DNA of 64,000 nucleotides, from positions 2,121 to 66,120 of the forward strand of contig JAIRVY010000148.1 in NCBI GenBank assembly GCA_031253655.1, in the 5' to 3' direction. Each line of letters begins with the position of its first letter. Position 1 is the stretch's first letter. Shown here one piece after another: positions 57,250-64,000 of this stretch. Under the pieces are notes generated by a model. It was not told the DNA's origin. It worked only from the letters and a program-made list of their open reading frames with translations, and searched no databases. Both the position numbers and the translations under genes were made by a program. The stretch is from Bacteroidales bacterium. GTDB taxonomy: Bacteria > Bacteroidota > Bacteroidia > Bacteroidales > WCHB1-69.

Positions 57250-58017
57250 CTACAACGTTGGTAAAACGATTACCCTGTTGTCTTTAACGCGTTCAATTTC
57301 AATATTATGTGCAGTTTTTATACGAATTTTATCAATAAAAACATCGCGCAAAAGGATTTCAAGATAGTGTGTCGACTCAAAGTTAATCTGTTCTAAGAAA
57401 CCATCCCCGCCTAGTGCTAAAAAATTGATAGTAACTATAGTGTAAACTTTGTCGTTCACAAGTGGAAGACCGCCAATGGTGTAGTTGGTAAGTCGCCCAT
57501 TTTGGTAAACGGTTTGTACGTTTGCCATCGGAGCGTTTCTTTTTTCCGAAAAAACGGTAAACATTTTTTTCAACTCGCTGCCTTTCACATATACAAAAGT
57601 TACGGTATTGTCGAAAGGTGAAATTAGAAATATATTGCCAATAGTTATTTCGCCTTGCGGTAATGGTGCCCTTATTCCACCGAAGTTTAACAGTCCCAAA
57701 TCTGCTTTTTCCATCTTTTTTCCGGTCAAATAATCATTTCCCCATTCAAAAAGCATATCAACCAATAAATTAGAGAGTGGACTCATCGGGGCAAAAGAGG
57801 TCATTACCTCCTTTGAGGTTCCAATTACCTGCCTCATTTTTTTCTCTTTTTCCACCTTAATATAATTTAGATAGGTTTCCACCGTCAAATCCGGATTATT
57901 GTCAAAGGTTGAATCCATTTTTACTACCTCATAATGGTAGTTATAATCTTTATTTTGTGCATAAATGCAAAAAAAAGAGGTAAAAAGTACAAGTGCGCAT
58001 AAAAAATGTTTCGTCAT
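57250..58017 (-). CDS. 5'-nucleotidase C-terminal-domain protein (substrate-binding domain only)
   Basis: Signal peptide; LLNFGGIRAPLPQGEITIGNIFLISPFDN and INFLALGGDGF resemble the UshA C-domain. Confidence 0.6.
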   Translation of the reverse strand: MTKHFLCALVLFTSFFCIYAQNKDYNYHYEVVKMDSTFDNNPDLTVETYLNYIKVEKEKKMRQVIGTSKEVMTSFAPMSPLSNLLVDMLFEWGNDYLTGKKMEKADLGLLNFGGIRAPLPQGEITIGNIFLISPFDNTVTFVYVKGSELKKMFTVFSEKRNAPMANVQTVYQNGRLTNYTIGGLPLVNDKVYTIVTINFLALGGDGFLEQINFESTHYLEILLRDVFIDKIRIKTAHNIEIERVKDNRVIVLPTL

Positions 58018-58064
58018 TTCTAAATCCTTTTATTTTTGCGGCAAAATTAAAAAAATTGTTTATT

Positions 58065-59171
58065 ATGATTAAGAAACTCCTCTTCGTTTTATTAAGTTTG
58101 TTCATTTTACAATACGTTTATTCTCAAAAAGCAGTTTACAAACCGCCTATTTCACCGGAATCAGCAATTATTAATCCCACTTTTTTCTATACACTGCCTA
58201 AAACGGCGTTCAAAGTAGATGTGGTAATTACCAAAAAGACCCAAATGAAAGGTTTGTTTGCCGATTATGCCGAGAAAATGCTGGGAATTACTAATTATTG
58301 CAAAGAAAACAGCAGTAATTTTACATTAAAAAGTTTTATTATCACCCCTTTTACTGTTCCGGATGAGTCTTTGCAATTTATGGTTGAACTATCCTCCGAA
58401 CAGGTGAAGAAAAACTTTTTACTTTCTTTATATAACAATAGCGGAGATGCTGGTTTTCGCGTATTTTCAAGATTGGAACAAAATAACGTTGATGTTTTGC
58501 CCGATTTCTTTAAGAATTATGCCGATGTATTGACAAAACAAGCCCACATTTCCTATACAGAAACTAGGATTGTTGACGGAGAAGTGATTCAAGTGCCTGT
58601 TTTTCAAACCCAAACTACCACAAAAAATATTAAACAACAAGCGGAGGAAGCGATAGAATTTATCGAAAAAGTTAGAAAAGACAGATATTCCATCCTTTCA
58701 ATGGAGCAGGAAACATCTTTGTCCAAAGAAGCATTTGAATATCTTGTGAATCAATTTAATGAATTAGAAAAAAAATATTTGGAACTATTTATCGGAATTA
58801 TTACTTTTGAAGATATTCACGAATCATTGGTTATTTATCCGGATAATGAAACCTTATTCTTGCCGGTTTGTTCTGTTACCCCCAATCTTGGTTTCAGTAC
58901 ATCTATGAGCAATACCAATTCCTGCGATTATTATCTTAAGTTCGTTCCGCAAACATCTAATAGTTTGAAAATAAATTATATAGAAAATAATAAAAATAAG
59001 AAAAGCAGCGGTTATAGAATTCGAAAATCTGTGCCTGTTTTAGTTTCTCTTGTTCATGGCAACAAAGAGTCGTTAATGGGAATATTTTCTATATATCAAT
59101 ATGGATTATTGGAAACTTTGCCTGCAAATATGGATTTATTTGAGATTGGGCAGTGGGGGTATATGTATTAG
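58065..59171 (+). CDS. Secreted hypothetical protein (possibly DUF4831-like; start moved to ATG 58065)
   Basis: MIKKLLFVLLSLFILQYVYSQ signal peptide; no catalytic motif recognised. Confidence 0.45.
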   Translation: MIKKLLFVLLSLFILQYVYSQKAVYKPPISPESAIINPTFFYTLPKTAFKVDVVITKKTQMKGLFADYAEKMLGITNYCKENSSNFTLKSFIITPFTVPDESLQFMVELSSEQVKKNFLLSLYNNSGDAGFRVFSRLEQNNVDVLPDFFKNYADVLTKQAHISYTETRIVDGEVIQVPVFQTQTTTKNIKQQAEEAIEFIEKVRKDRYSILSMEQETSLSKEAFEYLVNQFNELEKKYLELFIGIITFEDIHESLVIYPDNETLFLPVCSVTPNLGFSTSMSNTNSCDYYLKFVPQTSNSLKINYIENNKNKKSSGYRIRKSVPVLVSLVHGNKESLMGIFSIYQYGLLETLPANMDLFEIGQWGYMY

Positions 59172-59210
59172 AAAAAAAAATCGTGTAAACTTTTCATTTA
59201 CACGATTTTC
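59172..59210. terminator. Bidirectional intrinsic terminator between convergent genes
   Basis: ATCGTGTAAA (59180-59189) pairs with TTTACACGAT (59197-59206), 7-nt loop. Flanked by A9 on the left (a T9 tail for rpsU on the - strand) and TTTC on the right. Confidence 0.75.
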
Positions 59211-59230
59211 AACTTCATGATGTTTTTCTG

Positions 59231-59428
59231 TTATTCTTCGGCGGCTTTAGAAAGCATTTGTTGAACATAAATCGCTTTCAATTTTTGATCTCTCTTAATC
59301 ACAGATGGTTTTGAGAATTTTTGGCGGTTACGTAATTCGCGAACAACGCCGGTTTTTTCAAATTTTCTTTTTAATTTTTTCAAGGCTCTGTCAACGGTTT
59401 CGCCTTCCTTAACGCTTACAACAATCAT
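59231..59428 (-). CDS. rpsU: 30S ribosomal protein S21
   Basis: VKEGETVDRALKKLKRKFEKTGVVRELRNRQKFSKPS. Confidence 0.95.
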   Translation of the reverse strand: MIVVSVKEGETVDRALKKLKRKFEKTGVVRELRNRQKFSKPSVIKRDQKLKAIYVQQMLSKAAEE

Positions 59429-59478
59429 AAAAAATACCTCTTTCTTTTTTTAATTAATAACTGGATTTTTTGATGGCG

Positions 59479-59486
59479 CAAAAATA
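59479..59486 (-). promoter_or_regulatory. Candidate -7 promoter box for rpsU (TAnnTTTG)
   Basis: The - strand reads TATTTTTG, about 50 nt upstream of the rpsU ATG. Confidence 0.35.
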
Positions 59487-59623
59487 TATTTTTTTTTCAA
59501 TTAATACATTTTACTGTTTTCGTGGGCTAAATCTTTTCGTACCTCGTCTCTTTTTGCTCTATCGCTAATATGCTGTTATTTTCTGTTAATCTGCATCATC
59601 TGCGAACTAAAAGGGGAGACCGT

Positions 59624-60004
59624 TCATTTCCGTTGGCACGCTTTCGGCACTACACAAGTACCGGAAGCGCGGCATACCACCACAGGTGCTGCTAATACAT
59701 CGGCGGCAGAAGCGCTGATATCGGGGCGGGGCACAATTACTTTTTTAGCTTCAAACACCATTTTCCTAGAGCTGTTTCCCACGTGGGTAATCACCCCGGA
59801 GGCTTCAATATAATCGCCGGCATAAACAGGTGCTAAAAATTCCACGTTATCATAAGCGCAGAAAAGACCCTCGTCTCCGTCTTGCATTATTAGCAATTCG
59901 GTGGCAACATCGCCAAAAAGTTGCAACATTTTCGCGCCATCTACTAAATTTCCGCCATAATGGGCATCCGCGGAACTCATTCTCAATCGAATTAAAGATT
60001 TCAT
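59624..60004 (-). CDS. Hot-dog-fold protein resembling 3-aminobutyryl-CoA ammonia-lyase (Kal)
   Basis: [57 protein letters not shown] matches my recollection of Kal from the lysine fermentation pathway. Confidence 0.5.
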   Translation of the reverse strand: MKSLIRLRMSSADAHYGGNLVDGAKMLQLFGDVATELLIMQDGDEGLFCAYDNVEFLAPVYAGDYIEASGVITHVGNSSRKMVFEAKKVIVPRPDISASAADVLAAPVVVCRASGTCVVPKACQRK

Positions 60005-60050
60005 TATTTCAAAGTTTAAAAGTTAATAGATCTAAGATATTAAGGCTTAA

Positions 60051-60104
60051 GGTTTGAAAAGTTTGAACAGTTTGAATAGTTTGAGGAGTTTGAATTGTTT
60101 GTAT
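60051..60104. repeat. Nonamer tandem array (AGTTTGAAN x6, imperfect) in the spacer between the CoA-transferase and Kal-like genes
   Basis: ggtttgaaa agtttgaac agtttgaat agtttgagg agtttgaat tgtttgtat. Confidence 0.85.
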
Positions 60105-60125
60105 TTGCATAACAATCACTATTCG

Positions 60126-60782
60126 TTATTCACTACTCACTACCAAAAAATTTACCACAATTCCCGGGGTGTGCACATTTTCCATAAGGATTTCTCCGAC
60201 GGGGACTAATTCTTCTAATTCGGCAATAACAGTATCGCAAGCCATTGCCATAAGTGGGTTGAAATTTTGGGTAGTGCCTTTGTAATGGAGGTTTCCAGCG
60301 GTGTCGCCGATAGTGGCACCCAGTAGTGCAACATCACCACGAATCGCTTTCTCCAACAGATACTCTTTACCATCTAAGGTTACGATTTGTTTTCCTTCGG
60401 CAACAACAGTACCCAGACCTGTGGGGGTAAGAAAACCTCCTAAACCTGCGCCGCCGCAGTGAACTTGCTCTGCCAATGTACCTTGGGGAACAAAAACTAC
60501 TTCTATTTCTTTATTATTAAACTGCGCAATGGTCATAGGATTAGTTCCGATATGGGACACAAACACTTTTTTTACTTTTTTAGCGGCTATGAGTAGCCCG
60601 ATACCTTTATCGGGGAAAGCAGTATCGTTGCAAACAATCGTTAAGTCGCAGATATCGCTATTTGCTAGCGCTTTTAAGATTTTGTGCGGAGAGCCGGCAG
60701 CCATAAAACCACCAATCATCACAGTCATTCCGCTTTTTATTTTTTCTACGGCTTGCGTTGCCGTAAGGAGAGGTTTTTGCAT
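60126..60782 (-). CDS. 3-oxoacid/acetate CoA-transferase, subunit A
   Basis: SGMTVMIGGF and VPQGTLAEQVHCGGAGLGGFLTPTG are subunit A signatures. No subunit B gene is adjacent. Confidence 0.8.
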   Translation of the reverse strand: MQKPLLTATQAVEKIKSGMTVMIGGFMAAGSPHKILKALANSDICDLTIVCNDTAFPDKGIGLLIAAKKVKKVFVSHIGTNPMTIAQFNNKEIEVVFVPQGTLAEQVHCGGAGLGGFLTPTGLGTVVAEGKQIVTLDGKEYLLEKAIRGDVALLGATIGDTAGNLHYKGTTQNFNPLMAMACDTVIAELEELVPVGEILMENVHTPGIVVNFLVVSSE

Positions 60783-60888
60783 AAAAAATCATTTTTTATT
60801 AAGACAGCAAATAAACATGAAATTATTAAATTACACACAGCCAAATAAAAATTTTTAAATAATTAATAGAAGAAAATAACACTAATTA

Positions 60889-61650
60889 TTAAATCAATTT
60901 TGACTGCAGCCACAACTCCTCCTTTTCTTCTAACGTCATATCGGAAAGCTGTTTTCCCTGTTCTTTTGCTTTTTGCTCTATAAAATTAAACCGTTTTATG
61001 AATTTTCTGTTTGTTTTTTCCAAAGCATCTTCGGGATTAATATCCACAAAACGAGCATAATTAATTAGTGAAAACAGAATATCACCGAACTCTTCTTCCA
61101 TTTTTTCAGAGTTTTTATCTTTTTCTCGATTAAACTCGTTCAGTTCTTCCTGCACTTTATCCCATACCTGCTCAGTGTTTTCCCAGTCGAAGCCCACGCC
61201 ACGTGCTTTTTCCTGAATGCGATACGCTTTTACCATCGCAGGTAAAGAGTTTGGCACCCCGCCCAACACAGATTTGTTTCCCTCATTTATCTTAATTTTT
61301 TCCCAGTTTTCTTTAACTTCATCCGAAGAGCTCACATTTACTTTGCCAAAAACATGCGGATGCCGCCGAATTAGTTTTTCACAGATGCTGTTAATTACAG
61401 TTTCAATATCAAAAAGATTCAGGTCTTCACCAATTTTAGCATAAAAAATAATATGTAACAATAAATCTCCCAATTCTTTCTCAATATCGTTATATTTCTT
61501 GTCAATAATGGCATCAGAAAGTTCGTAGGTTTCTTCTATGGTCAAATAGCGGAGCGAGTCGAAGGTTTGTTTACTGTCCCAAGGGCATTTGACGCGCAAT
61601 TCGTCCATAATGTCAAGCAGTTTTGGAAAGGCGTGTAGTCTCTTATTCAT
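60889..61650 (-). CDS. mazG: Nucleoside triphosphate pyrophosphohydrolase MazG
   Basis: Tandem MazG domains: EETYELSDAI, EELGDLLLHIIFYA, EEFGDILFSLINYA. Confidence 0.9.
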   Translation of the reverse strand: MNKRLHAFPKLLDIMDELRVKCPWDSKQTFDSLRYLTIEETYELSDAIIDKKYNDIEKELGDLLLHIIFYAKIGEDLNLFDIETVINSICEKLIRRHPHVFGKVNVSSSDEVKENWEKIKINEGNKSVLGGVPNSLPAMVKAYRIQEKARGVGFDWENTEQVWDKVQEELNEFNREKDKNSEKMEEEFGDILFSLINYARFVDINPEDALEKTNRKFIKRFNFIEQKAKEQGKQLSDMTLEEKEELWLQSKLI

Positions 61651-61734
61651 ATTGTTTTGTTTAAATAAAAGTGCAAAATAATACTTTTAATTCATAAGTT
61701 GTTAAAATAAATATGTTTGAAATATTAATAAATG

Positions 61735-61742
61735 TATTTTTG
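61735..61742 (+). promoter_or_regulatory. Candidate -7 promoter box (TAnnTTTG)
   Basis: TATTTTTG 26 nt upstream of ATG 61769. A TTTG lies 15 nt further upstream, a shorter spacing than I recall for the consensus. Confidence 0.3.
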
Positions 61743-61768
61743 TGCCCTTATTGAAACACATATTATCA

Positions 61769-64000
61769 ATGAAAAAATTAATTGTACTTCTATTAGTTTT
61801 ATCTGTAAGCCTTAGTGCATTAGGTCAAAAAAAGATAACTGTAGGTGATAATGCTTTCGCAGGAAAACAGTTCGACAAAGCTCTTACTGCCTATAAAAAA
61901 GGATTAAAAAAGGTGAGCAATAATCCCATAGAGGTTAAACGTGTTAGATATCAAATTGCTGAGTGTTATCGTATTATGGGAGATTTAAAGAAGGGGGAAG
62001 CACAGTATGTTGCCTTGGAAAAGAAAAACCACCAAAAAGACGAGCCGCTACTTTACTTTCACTTGGGGAGTATTAACCATTTGAAAGGAGAATATGACAA
62101 AGCGCTGGAGTATTATCTGAAATACCAGGAAAGAGAACCCAAAGATGTGAGAATAGAGGCTCGCATTGAAGGGGTTAGAAAATCAAAAGGATGGATGGAG
62201 AATCCAACTAACTATGAGGTGGAAAACTTTAAAAAAATTAATACCAAACAGGATGAATGGGCGCCGAGATGGAGCACACAGGAAAAACAAAATCAAATGA
62301 TTTTTACCTCTAACAGAGAAGGTTCTACCGGAAAAGGAATTGACCAGTGGTCGGGAAAGGCATTTTCCGATATCTATAAAATTGAAAGACCCAGAGGAAA
62401 ATCGAATGACTGGGTGGGCGAATGGACAAATCCGTCATTATTTGATGAGGGGAAAGTCTTAAACACCGAATTTAACGAAGGGGAAGCCACAGGAAATAGA
62501 AAAGGTTCCGAAATTTTCTTTACCAAATGTCCCGTCGATAAAAAAGCACTAAAGGCGTGCTATATTTACGTTACTCAGAAAAAAGGACAAACTTTTGAAG
62601 AACCCAAATTGGTGGAACTTTGCGAAGATTCACTTGTAAATTGCGTACATCCCTCCCTCTCTTTGGATGAGCTTACGCTATATTTTGCCTCTGATATGAA
62701 AGGCGGGCAGGGAGGATACGACCTCTACAAAGCAACACGCTCCTCAAAAGGCGGAAAATTTGAAAAAGTAGAAAACTTGGGTTCATTAGTTAATAGCCCG
62801 GGAAACGAGTTATTTCCCTCAATAAGAGGCGATTCGGTGCTCTATTTCTCTTCTGATGGACTTCCCGGAATGGGCGGATTGGATATTTTTTACTCAGTGA
62901 TTAGAAATGACCAATTTCAAGAACCTCTAAATATGATGTATCCCATTAATACCTGCTGGGATGAAATTGGAATGATTTTTTATGACGAAGAAATTATTGA
63001 CCCAAAATCTAACGCCCCTTACTTAGAAATGGGGTTTTTCTCCTCAAACAGACCCGGCGGAAAAGGAGGAGACGACATCTATACTTTCCAATTGCGCCCC
63101 ACTGTGTTTACCCTTTCAGGAATTACGAGAGACGAAGGAAATCGGCAACTGATTGAAGGCGCCGAAATAGAAATTATTGGCTCGAACGGTACTACCTACA
63201 AAGCCTACACCGATTCGAAGGGATATTATGCGTTTGACAGGACTAAAATCCTGATGAATACTACTTATAAAATGAAAGTAAAAAAAACCGGATACTGGGA
63301 CATCCCGGATGTCGTGCAAACTACGATAGGTTTTAACTTAGATACCGATTTGAAGCAGGATTTCTTTCTGAATCGCATCCCCAAAGATCCCATTGTGATG
63401 CCCGATATATACTACGACGTGGATAAGTGGGATTTGAAACGCCAATATGAAGATTCTCTGATGTATCTTTTTTTTGTGTTAATGCAAAACCCGAATTTAG
63501 TAGTAGAGTTGCGTTCGCACACCGACAGTAGAGCTTCGGATGAGCATAACGATTTGTTGTCGCAAAGGCGCGCCCAATCGTGTGTGAATTTTTTGGTAAA
63601 AGAGATGAAAATTGATGCCGATAGAATTGTACCCAAGGGATATGGTAAAAGAAACCCCAGAAAATTGGAAAAAGATATGATGGTGCCTTATAACGGCAAA
63701 ATCTATCACTTCAAACGTGGGGTTACACTGGATGATACCTATATCAAAGCGTTGCCCAAAGACCAGCAGGAAGCAGCCCACCAATTGAACAGAAGAACCG
63801 AATTTTTTGTACTCAGAGACGATTATGTGCCAAAGAGTGATGAAATTGAGCCGGTTGCTATCACTAATACGGTTACGGTGGTGAAACAAAGAACTATCCC
63901 TGTGCAGATTAATGGCGATGTGATTACAGGAAACTGCAGAGTTAACGGAAAAAATGCAAATTTTGTAATCAGCAATAAAAAAACGGAAGATATTTTTATG
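61769..64000 (+). CDS. Multidomain OmpA-family protein (TPR, TolB-like repeats, CarboxypepD_reg-like, OmpA_C), partial at 3' end
   Basis: Hand translation is open from ATG 61769 to the window end (744 codons). Signal peptide; ELRSHTDSRASDEHNDLLSQRRAQS...NRRTEFFVL OmpA-C motif. It is missing from the ORF track because it has no stop in the window. Confidence 0.8.
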   Translation, partial: MKKLIVLLLVLSVSLSALGQKKITVGDNAFAGKQFDKALTAYKKGLKKVSNNPIEVKRVRYQIAECYRIMGDLKKGEAQYVALEKKNHQKDEPLLYFHLGSINHLKGEYDKALEYYLKYQEREPKDVRIEARIEGVRKSKGWMENPTNYEVENFKKINTKQDEWAPRWSTQEKQNQMIFTSNREGSTGKGIDQWSGKAFSDIYKIERPRGKSNDWVGEWTNPSLFDEGKVLNTEFNEGEATGNRKGSEIFFTKCPVDKKALKACYIYVTQKKGQTFEEPKLVELCEDSLVNCVHPSLSLDELTLYFASDMKGGQGGYDLYKATRSSKGGKFEKVENLGSLVNSPGNELFPSIRGDSVLYFSSDGLPGMGGLDIFYSVIRNDQFQEPLNMMYPINTCWDEIGMIFYDEEIIDPKSNAPYLEMGFFSSNRPGGKGGDDIYTFQLRPTVFTLSGITRDEGNRQLIEGAEIEIIGSNGTTYKAYTDSKGYYAFDRTKILMNTTYKMKVKKTGYWDIPDVVQTTIGFNLDTDLKQDFFLNRIPKDPIVMPDIYYDVDKWDLKRQYEDSLMYLFFVLMQNPNLVVELRSHTDSRASDEHNDLLSQRRAQSCVNFLVKEMKIDADRIVPKGYGKRNPRKLEKDMMVPYNGKIYHFKRGVTLDDTYIKALPKDQQEAAHQLNRRTEFFVLRDDYVPKSDEIEPVAITNTVTVVKQRTIPVQINGDVITGNCRVNGKNANFVISNKKTEDIFM

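Noticed and set aside
17132-60104. Whether the 7-9 nt tandem arrays, taken together, could be a CRISPR-like or minisatellite locus.
   Set aside because: The units are contiguous with no spacers. The arrays are only 28-57 nt long and scattered across unrelated genes. They are simple-sequence repeats, not CRISPR, and are reported individually in the findings.
63116-63889. Three - strand ORFs (63116..63319, 63412..63636, 63497..63889).
   Set aside because: They are antisense to the continuous OmpA-family CDS, which hand translation shows to be open from 61769 to the window end and which contains the OmpA-C motif in exactly this interval.

Overview
This 64 kb window looks like a low-GC Bacteroidota chromosome segment, assigned by hand from motifs because no searches were run. 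Evidence for the phylum: six predicted T9SS C-terminal sorting domains, PorP/SprF, GldJ-like and PorW/SprE-like genes, and TAnnTTTG-type promoter boxes. Most of the window is housekeeping: ileS, lepB, pckA, murF, a tamB-like gene, upp, serS, a ctp-type S41 protease, queG, coaBC, an rpoZ-like gene, a bamD-like gene, rpsU, mazG, and a DUF47/PiT phosphate pair. Two accessory blocks interrupt it. Block (a), 31.0-43.0 kb, is a T9SS cargo island with two tandem M6 metalloprotease paralogs, an LRR protein and a C25 gingipain-like peptidase. Block (b), 47.2-50.7 kb, is a decayed island. It holds an XRE regulator, a small YD-repeat/T9SS-tail protein, a collapsed SpvB-N-terminus::xHH-nuclease polymorphic toxin with a putative immunity gene, an IS5-like transposase stub and a frameshifted HTH remnant. 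The most unusual signal is a set of imperfect 7-9 nt tandem repeat arrays. They sit inside coding sequence: two signal peptides, two passenger/T9SS-tail junctions, and in-frame insertions in murF and queG that share the heptamer GATTTGA. One further array fills an intra-operon spacer. Other leads are an orphan terminator/antiterminator-like RNA element at 1.74-1.86 kb, a conserved ~33 nt motif upstream of two unrelated small genes, an orphan DUF47 paralog under strong purifying selection, and a lone CoA-transferase A subunit paired with a Kal-like hot-dog gene. No rRNA, tRNA or CRISPR array was recognised.
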